Shown here: positions 10,713-20,900 of the stretch, piece after piece
How positions within the stretch are numbered: position 1 is the stretch's first letter
How the letters are laid out: every line of letters starts with the position of its first letter
Origin: Alphaproteobacteria bacterium
Lineage (GTDB): Bacteria; Pseudomonadota; Alphaproteobacteria; MPNO01
Reading direction: 5' to 3'
Assembly: GCA_965248835.1 (NCBI GenBank)
Contig: CBDFLJ010000002.1
Coordinates: 2,112,001 to 2,176,000, forward strand
Length of the DNA: 64,000 nucleotides
The notes under the pieces: model-generated
Told to the model about the DNA's origin: nothing
What the model saw: only the letters and a program-made list of their open reading frames with translations
Databases searched by the model: none
Translations under genes and position numbers: made by a program

Positions 10713-11417
10713 GTGCTTCAGCTGCTGGACATCGAGAAGTCCTACAGGCTCGGGACCATGAACATCGAGGTCCTTCGCGGGGTCTGCCTGGAGGTGGCGA
10801 AAGGAGACCTGCTGTCGATCATGGGGCCTTCGGGAAGCGGCAAGTCGACGTTGATGAACATCATCGGGCTGCTGGGCCGCCCGACGGCGGGGTCGTATTT
10901 TCTGAACGGGCGCGACGTCCGGTCGATGAAGGACCGGGAGCTGTCGGCCTACCGCAACGCCAATATCGGCTTCGTGTTCCAGTCGTTCCAGCTGTTGGGG
11001 CACTTGACGGCGCTGGAGAACGTGGCCGTCCCGCTGGTGTACCGGGACATGGGCCGGGGCGAGATCCGGCGCCGGGCGCGGGCGATCCTGGAGAAGGTCG
11101 GCATGGGGGACCGCGCCGGGCACAAGCCGGACCAGCTATCCGGCGGGCAGAAGCAGCGGGTCGCGATCGCCCGGGCGCTGGTCGGCGAGCCCGCCGTGCT
11201 GCTCGCCGACGAGCCGACGGGGGCCCTGGATTCCGGCACCGCCGAGGAGGTCATGGAGCTGCTGACCCGGCTGAACGTCGAGGACCGGATCACGATCGTG
11301 ATCATCACGCACGACCCCTCGATCGCCCGGCAGTGCAGGCGGCAGACCCGGATCGACGACGGCGTACTGCATGAGATCGCGCAACCTCAGGACATAGGAA
11401 CGCGATGCGGCAGCTAG
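10713..11417 (+). CDS. ABC transporter ATP-binding protein (MacB/LolD type)
   Basis: Walker A GPSGSGKST, IGFVFQSF, LSGGQKQRVAIARAL, LLADEPTGALD, ITHD. Confidence 0.95.
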   Translation: MLQLLDIEKSYRLGTMNIEVLRGVCLEVAKGDLLSIMGPSGSGKSTLMNIIGLLGRPTAGSYFLNGRDVRSMKDRELSAYRNANIGFVFQSFQLLGHLTALENVAVPLVYRDMGRGEIRRRARAILEKVGMGDRAGHKPDQLSGGQKQRVAIARALVGEPAVLLADEPTGALDSGTAEEVMELLTRLNVEDRITIVIITHDPSIARQCRRQTRIDDGVLHEIAQPQDIGTRCGS

Positions 11418-12625
11418 GCCCCGCCCTGACAACCAACCTGCGGGAAGCGGCGCGCAGCCTTTACGGCGCCAGGCTGCGCACGCTCCTGGGGCTGATCGGC
11501 ATCATGATCGGGATCGCTTCGGTGATCACGATGATCTCGACGGGAGAAATCGCGACGGCCCAGGCGCGCAAGGAGTTCGAGGCGCTCGGCACCGATATCC
11601 TCACCATCCGCAAGTCCGACGACCTGATGACGGCGGAGGCCCGGCGGCGGGGGATCGCCATCGGCCTCGGCGACGCCCTGGAGGTCGCGGACGCGGTCCC
11701 GTCGGTCGCCGAAGCGGCGCCCCGGATCCGGTCGCAAGGCGGATTCGCCTATGCCGGCAAGCGTGTCGGCAACGGCGCCCTCCAGGGGGTGACGGCTTCC
11801 TTCGCGAGCGTGAACAAGCTGCGGGTGGCCGAGGGGCGGTTCGTGTCGGATTTGGATGTCGACCGCTATTACGGCGTGGTCGGCGCGGACATCGCAAACG
11901 CCATGCGCCGCCGCGGGGCGGGCGCGGTCGTCGGCAAGGTGCTGGAGATCGGCGGGCGCCTGTTCACGGTCGTAGGCGTGCTGGAGGCCAGGCCGGAGAG
12001 CTATGCGCTGCCGTTCCAGGTCGAGGCGAACGAGTCCGTGTTCGTGCCGATCACCACCGCGCGGCGGATTTCACCCCGTGCGGAGATCCAGCTGATCATC
12101 GCCCGCGTGCGGGCCGGCGTTCATTACTCGGCCGCCGCCCGGGACGTGCAGGCCTATTTCGGCAAACGGACCAGGGGGCTGGCGGTCGAGGTCACGAGCG
12201 CCGAACAACTGATCGAGCAGATGGAATCGCAGCTCGGCCTGATGACCCTTCTGCTCGGCGCGGTCGGCAGCATCAGCCTCATCGTCGGCGGCATCGGGGT
12301 CATGAACATCATGCTGATCTCTGTTGCAGAGCGGCGTCGGGAGATCGGGATCCGGCGCGCGCTGGGCGCCAGCCGCGGGGACATCCAGGGCCAGTTCCTG
12401 ATGGAGGCCGTCATCCTGACCTTGGGCGGGGGGATGGCCGGCCTGGTGTTCGGGACGGGGGCCACCTATGGGATCTGCCAGTTCACCAGTTGGGACTTTT
12501 TCATATCGCCGGTGTCCGTCATAGCCGGGATCGGCGTCTCGACCATCGCGGGCGTCTTCTTCGGCTTCCAGCCCGCCTATCAGGCGGCCCGCCTCGACCC
12601 GATCATCGCCCTGCAGGGAGGATAG
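11405..12625 (+). CDS. ABC transporter permease (MacB/FtsX type)
   Basis: LRTLL..IGI.IGIASV, large periplasmic domain, ISLIVGGIGVMNIML.SV.ERRREIGIRRALGA, PAYQAARLDPI.AL. Confidence 0.95.
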   Translation: MRQLGPALTTNLREAARSLYGARLRTLLGLIGIMIGIASVITMISTGEIATAQARKEFEALGTDILTIRKSDDLMTAEARRRGIAIGLGDALEVADAVPSVAEAAPRIRSQGGFAYAGKRVGNGALQGVTASFASVNKLRVAEGRFVSDLDVDRYYGVVGADIANAMRRRGAGAVVGKVLEIGGRLFTVVGVLEARPESYALPFQVEANESVFVPITTARRISPRAEIQLIIARVRAGVHYSAAARDVQAYFGKRTRGLAVEVTSAEQLIEQMESQLGLMTLLLGAVGSISLIVGGIGVMNIMLISVAERRREIGIRRALGASRGDIQGQFLMEAVILTLGGGMAGLVFGTGATYGICQFTSWDFFISPVSVIAGIGVSTIAGVFFGFQPAYQAARLDPIIALQGG

Positions 12626-12695
12626 CGCGCCCGCGCGGCCCCCTCGGCGGCGCAGGACGGAGACTGGCTGCGAGGACGGCAGCGTGACGAAGCGC

Positions 12696-13529
12696 GCCCC
12701 TGACGCCAATCCGCATCCTCGCCGCCGGGCCGATCTCCGGACAGGTCTTCGCCGTCTTCCGGATCGCGTTCGGGCCTGCCGACGCTGCACGACATGGTGC
12801 ACGTCCTTTGGGTCGGCCGGCCGACCGGCTTCCATGTCGAGCGCGACATTTCCTTCCCGTATCAGGGGCTTGAGATCCCATGCCGTCCCGCCCCCGACTC
12901 CACTGGCTCCGGGCCGGGTGCGGGGTCTGCTGCCTGCGCGTCGCGCCGGGCGCTCTACCGTGCCGCCGTCCGGGGCTTCGACGTGGTAGATCGCCGGACG
13001 CAACCTCACATTGCTTCCGCGACCTGGCCCGCACGGCTTGCGGGTGTAAGCTTGACAGTGAGGCGCCGCTGCTGGACATTCCCGGCAGCGTCAGGCGAGC
13101 AGGCCCACTGTCCGGCCCGTGCCATGGCGATGCCCCGGCACGGAACAGGAGGGTCCGAAAATGAAGTGGAATGCAGACCCACGCGCTCTCGGCAGTGTTC
13201 GCGCTCGCCTTGGCGGCGGCTGCTTGCCGGTCAGGCTCACGCCGCCTGCGGAGGCAGCCAGAGAATAGATCACGACGACGTCAACTGCCTGGAGGCCGGT
13301 TGGACAAACCACAATTTTCCGATTAAGGGTGACGCCCATGCCCGGAGCCAATGCTCTGCATATGGAAGGGTTCGTCGTAAAGGTCGACAGAATATCTGGC
13401 AGCGACTGGACATGGCATTTGACCAGCAGCAGCACGAGAGAGGACAGCGGCGGTTACAAAATCAGGGAGATTTCCTGCTGTTCCGACCTGAGCGATCTCT
13501 GCGACACGTCGGACATGGACGACGACGGC
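12696..13529 (+). repeat. copy A of a ~0.8 kb direct duplication (HTTM fragment + promoter + 5' half of the Cys-rich gene)
   Basis: Near-identical to 14151-14988 by direct reading, with small indels. Confidence 0.9.
13052..13080 (+). promoter_or_regulatory. sigma70-like promoter of Cys-rich paralog 1
   Basis: TTGACA-N17-GACATT; equivalent element upstream of all five paralogs. Confidence 0.65.
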
Positions 13530-13733
13530 TGCCTTGACAACTTCCGTAAGAGTAACGCGGATGATTCATGCAAGGATGAATCCGCCAGCTTCACTAGCCC
13601 CGACCAGTGCAGGATCGACGCGAGATGTATAGCGTGGAATCACTCCATTGAGCCGACAAACATCACCGTTCGCTATAAAGAAGTCCGAGATCTCCAAAAT
13701 TGTAATTCCGTTCTGACAGTCGGAGGGTGTTGA
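13161..13733 (+). pseudogene. secreted Cys-rich two-domain protein, paralog 1 (frameshifted)
   Basis: Aligns to 14625-15221 but has three +1 insertions in the 5' half; C-terminal domain CLDNFRKSNADDSCKD...QCRIDARC...DLQNCNSVLTVGGC is intact. Confidence 0.8.
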
Positions 13734-13814
13734 CTGACCCGGGGGTTCTGCGGCGGCCACCGGACTGATGTCCGGCGGCGGGCTCGAAAACATCGCGCCG
13801 CCGCACCGATCCTG

Positions 13815-13965
13815 ATCGCAGGATCACAGTCGTGATCGTCGCCGTGGCTGTATCGTCGTCATAATCCGTCACCCGATAGGTGTAGCTACCCGGTGTATCC
13901 GCGGTTGCGGTGTCGGACAGCACACGGGTGCCGGCGTCGAACGCCAGCCCGTCAGGCCCTCGGTG
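13815..13965 (-). pseudogene. fragment of a putative Ig/cadherin-like adhesin repeat
   Basis: PDGLAFDAGTRVLS...GSYTYRVTDYDDDTATATIT resembles the He_PIG pattern P.GL.FD..T..LSGTP...YT..VTD. Confidence 0.6.
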
Positions 13966-14078
13966 GAAACGCGCCTGCCGAAATGTCTTGCCCACCAACA
14001 GCCAACCAAACCCGACCGTCTCCTATGCCATGAACCAGGACATCGGATTGACACGGGCGCGCAACCCGAGCGGGCGCG

Positions 14079-14153
14079 CTATTCGCCCTGTAGAGCGACG
14101 ATCGGGTCGAGGCGAGCCGCCTGGTAAGCGGGCTGGAAGCCGAAGAAGACGCC
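14079..14153 (-). pseudogene. inverted 3' end of a paralogous MacB-type permease
   Basis: Reverse complement encodes GVFFGFQPAYQAARLDPIVALQGE*, versus GVFFGFQPAYQAARLDPIIALQGG* at ~12550-12625. Confidence 0.85.
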
Positions 14154-14189
14154 CCTGACGCGCATCCGCATCCTCGCCGCCGGGCCGAT

Positions 14190-14500
14190 CTCCGGACAGG
14201 TCCTCGCCGTCTTCCGGATCGCGTTCGGTCCTGCCGACGCTGCACGACATCGTGCACGTCCTTTGGGCCGGCCGGCCGACCGGCTTCCATGTCGAGCGCG
14301 ACATTCCCTTCCCGTACCGGAGGCTTGAGGTTCCGCCCATGGCGCCCCCTGACTCCACCGGCTCCGGGCCGGTGCGGGGTCTGCTGCCTGCGCGTCGCGC
14401 CGGGCGCTCTACCGCGCCGCCGTCCGGGGCTTCGACGCGACCTTCATCTACTTCTTCCTCCGCGGCCAGATACTCTACCGCAACCATCTCTACATGATCG
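14190..14500 (+). pseudogene. HTTM-domain (vitamin K-dependent gamma-carboxylase-like) membrane protein fragment
   Basis: Across frames: LAVFRIAFG...FPY..LE...LYRAAVRGF.ATFIYFFL..QILYRNHLYMI, matching the HTTM LAVFRI.FG and Y.NH.Y motifs; a shorter copy lies at ~12735-12995. Confidence 0.55.
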
Positions 14501-14558
14501 CCGGGCGCAACCTCACATTGCTTCCGCAACCTGGCCCGCACGGCTTGCGGGTGTAAGC

Positions 14559-14587
14559 TTGACAGTGAAGCGCCGCTGCTGGACATT
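14559..14587 (+). promoter_or_regulatory. sigma70-like promoter of Cys-rich paralog 2
   Basis: TTGACA-N17-GACATT. Confidence 0.65.
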
Positions 14588-14624
14588 CCCGGCATCGCCA
14601 TGGCACGGAACAGGGGGTCGGAAA

Positions 14625-15221
14625 ATGAAGTGGAATGCGACCCAGGCGGTCTCGGCGGTGTTCGTGCTCGCATTGACGGCGGCGCTTGCCGGTCAGGCCC
14701 ATGCCGCCTGCAGCGAAGGCCAGAGAATAGATCACGAGGACGTCAACTGCCTGGAGGCCGGTTGGACAAACCACAATTTTCCGATTAAGGGTGACGCCCA
14801 TGCCCGGAGCCAATGCTCTGCATATGGAAGGGTCGTCGTAAAGGTCGACAGAATATCTGGCAGCGACTGGACATGGCATTTGACCAGCAGCAGCAAGAGA
14901 GAGGACAGCGGCGGTTACAAAATCAGGGAGATTTCCTGCTGTTCCGACTTGAGCGATCTCTGCGACACGTCGGAAATGGACGACGATTCGTGCCTCGACC
15001 GGTTCCGGGCCAGCGCCGCGGGTGAGACATGCGAGGATGTATCCGCCAGCATCAATGGCGACCAAGAGTGCACGATCAACGCACAGTGTGAAACTTACAT
15101 ACGGCATAGTTTGGCGAGTGAACCTCAGAGGTGGATGGTGTCGGCAAGCACCACCGTGAGTTGGCGCGACGTTAAAGATCTCCGCAATTGCAAGGGCGAG
15201 CTGAAAGTCCGACGGTGTTGA
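14625..15221 (+). CDS. secreted Cys-rich two-domain protein, paralog 2 (198 aa, 12 Cys)
   Basis: Signal peptide MKWNATQAVSAVFVLALTAALAGQAHA; conserved VVVKVD, TWHL, CCSDLSDLC, DLRNCKGEL; purine-rich RBS. Confidence 0.88.
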   Translation: MKWNATQAVSAVFVLALTAALAGQAHAACSEGQRIDHEDVNCLEAGWTNHNFPIKGDAHARSQCSAYGRVVVKVDRISGSDWTWHLTSSSKREDSGGYKIREISCCSDLSDLCDTSEMDDDSCLDRFRASAAGETCEDVSASINGDQECTINAQCETYIRHSLASEPQRWMVSASTTVSWRDVKDLRNCKGELKVRRC

Positions 15222-15457
15222 CTGACCGGGAGGTCTGCGGCGGTCACTGTTCTGACGCCCCGCTTCTCCACGAACCCGCCCGATTGCGGGGAAAGAAGGC
15301 GCTCGCTCAAAACAGGATATAGCGCGTCAATTCGAGCGAAATAACCGCCGGTGATGCTGCAGCAGCATCGTGCGAAGCCCTCGATCGGCCGTGCCGGGCG
15401 CCGCATGTGCGCTGCCCGACGGCGCCGTACGGGCATCCTTAACCTTCCCGCACAGCC

Positions 15458-15486
15458 TTGACAGTTGCGCGCCGCCGCCGGAGAGT
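15458..15486 (+). promoter_or_regulatory. sigma70-like promoter of Cys-rich paralog 3
   Basis: TTGACA-N17-GAGAGT. Confidence 0.6.
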
Positions 15487-15537
15487 CCCGGCGATGGGCA
15501 GGTGAACGCCCCGGCCACTGAGCAGGAGGATCCGAAA

Positions 15538-16140
15538 ATGAATTGGAATGCAGCCCATGCGGTCTCGGCGGTGTTTGCGCTCGCATTGACGGCGGTGCTT
15601 GCCGGTCAAGCCCATGCCGGCTCCTGCGAAGGCAGCGACAGAATAGACCGCGACGACGCCGAATGCCTGGACGCCAATTGGAATAATCGTAAGGATTTGC
15701 TGAGCAGAGGCGAAGTTTGGGCAACGAACAAATGCTCCGACTACGGAACGGTTGTCGTGAAGGTCGATATAAAAAGCGCCAAGGACAAAACGTGGCATCT
15801 GGACCATGGCAATAAGAAGAAGGAAGGCACGGGCCTTTTCGATACCAGGAGTGTTTCCTGCTGCGCGGATCTGAGCGATCTCTGCAACAAGTCGGACTTA
15901 GCCAATGTCGATTCGTGCGTTGATCGTTGGAGGTACAGCTCGGCGAATGAGTCCTGCATCGATACATCCGTCGCCGTCAATGACGACCTAGAGTGCGTGT
16001 TCACCTCGCGGTGTCGCAATTTGGATGGGGATCGTAATTCGTCAACCATAGCCGCGAGCTGGCCCGACACGGTAGATCTCCACAACTGCGATGGCGTTCT
16101 GAGACTTGTGAAATCCGGGTCGTGTCCCGGTTCGAACTGA
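15538..16140 (+). CDS. secreted Cys-rich two-domain protein, paralog 3 (200 aa, 12 Cys)
   Basis: MNWNAAHAVSAVFALALTAVLAGQAHA signal; same 12-Cys framework; AGGAGG RBS. Confidence 0.88.
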   Translation: MNWNAAHAVSAVFALALTAVLAGQAHAGSCEGSDRIDRDDAECLDANWNNRKDLLSRGEVWATNKCSDYGTVVVKVDIKSAKDKTWHLDHGNKKKEGTGLFDTRSVSCCADLSDLCNKSDLANVDSCVDRWRYSSANESCIDTSVAVNDDLECVFTSRCRNLDGDRNSSTIAASWPDTVDLHNCDGVLRLVKSGSCPGSN

Positions 16141-16177
16141 TCGAAAGCGCTGTCGGTCTTTCGCGGCGCGTTTTCTC

Positions 16178-16219
16178 TTGTCACCCCGGCTCTCCGCTGC
16201 GCGCCGTCCGGGGTGACAA
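16178..16219. repeat. 12-bp inverted repeat (hairpin, terminator- or REP-like) after paralog 3
   Basis: TTGTCACCCCGG ... CCGGGGTGACAA. Confidence 0.55.
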
Positions 16220-16737
16220 ACGGGGGGGGGTCAGCCAGCCGGCGCTATGCCGGGCGGCCCGGCCAAGCCCCGGACCGGAGACCGGGGCGGCAAGTCGGGC
16301 CTGTCGAGGGCGTATCGGGACCGGCCAAGGGACCGCGGATTTCGAACCGGGACACGACCGAAATCTGGAGCGTGTTGACTGACCCGGCGTTCTGCGGCGG
16401 CCACCGGAGTGGTACCCCGCGGCGCGACGAACCCGACTCGATTACAAGGAGGAAGCGCCAATCAGGTGAGATAGCCGGCAGCGAAGCCGCGGCAGCGTCG
16501 CGGGAAGCCCTCGCGTTGGCCGTGCCGGCCATCCACGGCCCAGGTTGTGCAGGGCGCCGCGCAGGCGCTGTCCGGTGGAGAGATCGACGGTCTCAAGGCG
16601 AATGCCGAGCCCCGCCCTCGGGCGCATTCGACCGATGGCGCGACGCCCGCGCCGAGGAGGTCGACTTCTTCCGGCCCCGCCAGGCCCTCGGCCTTCAAAC
16701 CACCGTCAAGCTGATATCCCCGTCGCGCGCGTGACGC

Positions 16738-17294
16738 TTACCGGGGCGAAAGGCACTCTCCTCCAACGTGCAGATCGCCCGTACAGTTGTCGGGATTTGC
16801 GGTGTCGGACCAGCTCACGGTTACATGTGTCAGTCGATTGACCCCGTGCCCGCACGTATCCAGCATGCATTTTACCGCATCCCGCAATTGATCACGCACT
16901 CATCGCGCCGTTGATGCTGGAGGATGAATCAATCGTAGTCGAGGTCGGACCTGTTGCAAAGATCGCTCAGGTCCGTGCAGCGGTAAACCCGGTTGATCTT
17001 GTAATTGCTTTTGATTTCTCTCGTCTCTCTGCTCGGCAAATGCCGCGTGTAGTCTCGGGCACCCTCCATGTCGAGCTTTGCGGCGACCTTTCCGAGGCCC
17101 GAGCATAGGTCCCAGGCTCTGACGGCGTTCGGGTGCGCCGATGTCTCGTTTTTTCACTCGGCGCGCAGGCATTCCGAGCCCCAGCAGCTCGTTCTCTGGC
17201 CGCCGCCGCAGGCGGCATGGGCCTGAGCGGCAAGCGCCGCCGTCAAGGCGAGCGCGAACACCGCAGAGACCGCATGGGTTGCATTCCACTTCAT
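16738..17294 (-). pseudogene. secreted Cys-rich protein, paralog 4 (nonsense and frameshift mutations)
   Basis: MKWNATHAVSAVFALALTAALAAQAHAAC...CLRAE* (TGG>TGA), then KVAAKLD, RCTDLSDLCNRSD, and in another frame TVSWSDTANPDNCTGDLHVGGEC. Confidence 0.82.
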
Positions 17295-17385
17295 TTTCAG
17301 GTCCTTCAGCTACGTGCTGGGTCATCGCCGTGGCACAAGCCGGACAGCGAGCGTGCGTCCGCGCCGCTCATGTGCCGTCGCCGGG

Positions 17386-17414
17386 ACATTTTCCAGGCAG
17401 CGCGTACCTGTCAA
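17386..17414 (-). promoter_or_regulatory. sigma70-like promoter of Cys-rich paralog 4
   Basis: TTGACA-N17-AAATGT on the minus strand. Confidence 0.55.
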
Positions 17415-17906
17415 GCCCGCACCCTCGCGACGCGCGGGCGTGGCCGCACGACGCAGTCAGGGCTTGGGCGGGCGCGAGCCGGTGCATGCGATCCGCCACG
17501 GGCTGCGGTCAGGCGATGGGCCGCGAGCATGCCGAACGACAGGCCGGTCAGTCCGCCGAGGTCATCGGCAGCCAGACGATGAAACCGCTGGCCGCAAGCG
17601 TCATTTGGCAGTGGATATCGCCCGCGCATGGCCGACGTCCGGCAGCAATCCGGTGATCGTATCACGGTCAAAACAGGAAAACACGCCCACCGTCAGAACC
17701 TCATGACGCGTGGCAAGCGCGTTCGCCGTCACACTGTCGAACCTGTCAATGTCACACGACAGACACTACAATCGAACAGGCATCCGGTTCCGGATATGCC
17801 GGGTCAGGACGCGAGGCTCCCCCACGGTGGTGCGGCAGCCGCCCAGCGCATCCCTTCCGGATGATAAGCCATCTTCTGTGCTTGTGGTTCAGCAAGTGTT
17901 GCGGAC

Positions 17907-20900
17907 ATGCCTGATTTCAATGCCGCGAAGAATTCAGGGCCGGGAGACCGGACGCTGCACCAGATTTCGGGACGGAATCGGAAAACGTCGAGAGCGATCC
18001 TCGTCTGCCTGATCAGTGGGTTTCTCTCAGTCGGCGCGGCCTGCCTTGCCGAATCGGCGGCCACGGCCGGAGGTGGACAGAGCGGTTTCGTGGATATCAC
18101 TGCCGCGCTCGGTCTCGACTACCATGTGAAATCCGATCCGGAAGGAGAGGAAGCGGAGACGGACGGTCCAGACAGGGAGAATGGAGGCCTGGCGCTTGTC
18201 GACATCGACAATGACGGCAGGCTCGAACTCTACGTCGCGCACGGACGCGGCGAGACGGGCCGGCTGTTCAGCTACGACGGCAGCCGGTTCACGCGGCTCG
18301 CCGGCAATCGGGGCATCGAGCCGACGAGGATGGATCGTGCGGGATATTTCATCGATCTCGACCATGACGGCCGGCAGGACTTCGTGTCGGTCCAGTCGCG
18401 AGGCGTGGAAGCGTTCCGAAACGATGGCACGGGACAGTTCGTTGAGACGACGGGCCTGTTCGGCATCCGGCACGACAGAAGCACCCACTCGATGGCCGCC
18501 GCCGACATCGACAATGACGGTGACCTCGACCTGTTCTTCGCGCACTGGGGGAACATCTGGAACAGGTTCAGGCCGCCCTCGCACTATCTCTGGCGCAACG
18601 ACGGCAGGGGGCGCTATGCGGACATCAGCCACGTCGTGCCAATTCGCCCCACCGTGCATTATGAATTGGAAGGAAGCGCGCAGGACCCCTCCTACGAATA
18701 CTCCTTCACACCGACATTCGCGGATATCGACGCCGACGGGGATCCCGACATTCTGCTGGCAGGTGATTTCGGCTCCAGCCAGATCCTGCGGAACGAGGCC
18801 GGCACGGCGTTCGTCGACACAGGCGGCGGTGCGATCACCGACGAGAACGGCATGGGCGCCGCGGTCGGAGACTACGACCGGGACGGCGACCTGGACTGGT
18901 TCGTGACCAGTATCCATGACGCGGACGGCAATTCCGGCTTCGGCCCGACCGGAAATCGACTTTACCGCAATATCGACGGAACCGGCCGGTTCAAGGACGC
19001 GACCGAAGACGCAGGCGTGCGCGAGGGCGGCTGGGCCTGGGGCACCTGCTTCGCGGACTTCGACAATGACGGTCATCCGGACCTGTTCCAGACCAATGGC
19101 TGGTTCGGCGAATACATCGACGATGCCGAGGGCGAGTCCGTCGAGGTCACCGAGTTCCTGGAGGATCCGTCGCGGTTGTTCATGTCCAACGGCGACGGAA
19201 CATTCACCGAGCGCGCGTCCGAGCTCGGCATCCGTCATTCGGGCCAGGGGCGCGGTGTCGTGTGCCACGACTACGACGGCGACGGCAGGGTGGACATTTT
19301 CATCGCAAACAACGCCGCCGCGCCGACCGTCTATTCCAACGTCTTCGAGAACAACCACCATTGGCTCGCGATCGACCTGGTCGGCCGGTATGCGAACCCG
19401 CACGGGATCGGCGCGCGAGTCACCGTCCGCACGGCATCCGGCAATCAGATGCAGGAGATGCGACTCGGCAGCGCGTACCTGTCCCAGGCTCCTCCGATCC
19501 TCCACTTCGGCCTGGGCCGCGACCGGACGGCGGCCGTGATCGAGGTGCGGTGGCCCGGCCCCGGCAACCAGGTCAGCCGGCTGGAGAACGTCATCGCGGA
19601 CCGGCGCCTGACCATCCGTCAACCGGCGCCCGCCGGCTTTGCGCTCGGCGTCGTGGACGGCGCCGGCGGCGGCCTCCATGGCGAAGGCACGACGATCTCG
19701 ATCAAGGCGGCCGAACCCGCGAGAAACCATAGTTTCAGCCACTGGACCAGCGAAGGAGGCGGCGCGTTCGGCGATGCGCGGTCGCCAGAAACCACCTTCA
19801 CGATGCCCGCGAACCCGGTGACGGTGTTCGCCCATTTCCCGCCCGGACCGCCGCCGTCCAAGGCGGGCGTCTCGGTCGCGAGACGCTGGATCGAGGTGAT
19901 GCTGCAGGCGATCCGCGACGATTTCGCCCGCCCGACGGTCCATGCCCGCAACCTCTTTCATCTCTCGGCCGCGATGTACGACGCCTGGGCCGCGTATTCG
20001 GAATCCGCCAAACCCTACCTGCTCGGCGACGCCGACGCCGCGTGCATTCCCACGAGCGTCCCGCCCGCCGGCGATGTCCGGCGTGCCGCACAGGAGGAAG
20101 CGATCAGCCACGCCGCCTGGCGCATCGTCCGGCATCGCTTCCGGCAGTCGCCGAATGCCCGTCGCACCCGGAAGAACGCCGATACCCTGATGTCCGCCCT
20201 GGATTACGACACCGGTGCCGGGTTCGCGGGTACGGCGATCCGACCGGCCGCGGGCCTGGGCAAATGCATCGGCGAGTTCTATATCGCCCGCGGCCTGACG
20301 GACGGCTCGAACGAAGCGAATGCCTACCGGGCAGAAAATTATCGCCCCGTCAATCCGTCCATGGAACCGTACGACCCGGGCAATCCTGAATTGGAAGATC
20401 CCGACCGCTGGCAACCGTTGTCGCTGGGCCGGTTCGTCGATCAGTCGGGTTTCCTGATCGCGACCGGCGCTTCCGATTTCGTGACGCCCGAATGGGGCCG
20501 CGCGGCGCCGTTCGCGCTGACCGGGGACGATCTGACCGTCCATCAGCGGGACGGCGCCGCGTATTACGTCTATCACGACCCGGGGCCGCCGCCGAGCTTC
20601 CGCGGTCCGCTCGCCGACCTCTACAAATGGGGGTTTTCCCTGGTCGCCCTATGGTCGTCGCAGCTGTCGCCGGAGGACGGCGTGCTGATCGACATCGCGC
20701 CGTCCGGTATCGGCAACATCCGCGCCTTGCCCCGCAGGTTCGAGGACCATGTCGATTTCTACGACTCCGGTGCCGGAGGCCCGGGCCACGGGATCAACCC
20801 GGCAACCGGCAAGGCCTATGAACCCCAGTTGGTGCCCCGGGGCGACTATCTCCGCGTGCTGGCGGAATTCTGGGCCGACGGACCCGACTCCGAAACGCCC

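Larger units (their letters stand above)
14151..14988 (+). repeat. copy B of the ~0.8 kb direct duplication
   Basis: Near-identical to 12696-13529. Confidence 0.9.

Noticed and set aside
13161-15221. Diversity-generating retroelement template/variable repeat pair
   Set aside because: No reverse transcriptase in the window. Differences between the copies are not adenine-specific, and the divergent part is a whole domain.
14625-16140. Classical RiPP/bacteriocin precursors or RTX-type T1SS substrates
   Set aside because: They are ~200-aa proteins with Sec signal peptides, no double-glycine leader and no GGxGxD repeats. There is no peptidase-containing ABC transporter or recognisable RiPP maturase.
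16410-16735. Possible further gene fragments between the Cys-rich paralogs (also 17420-17700 and 29300-29540)
   Set aside because: Short protein-like stretches, but no family could be recognised with any confidence.
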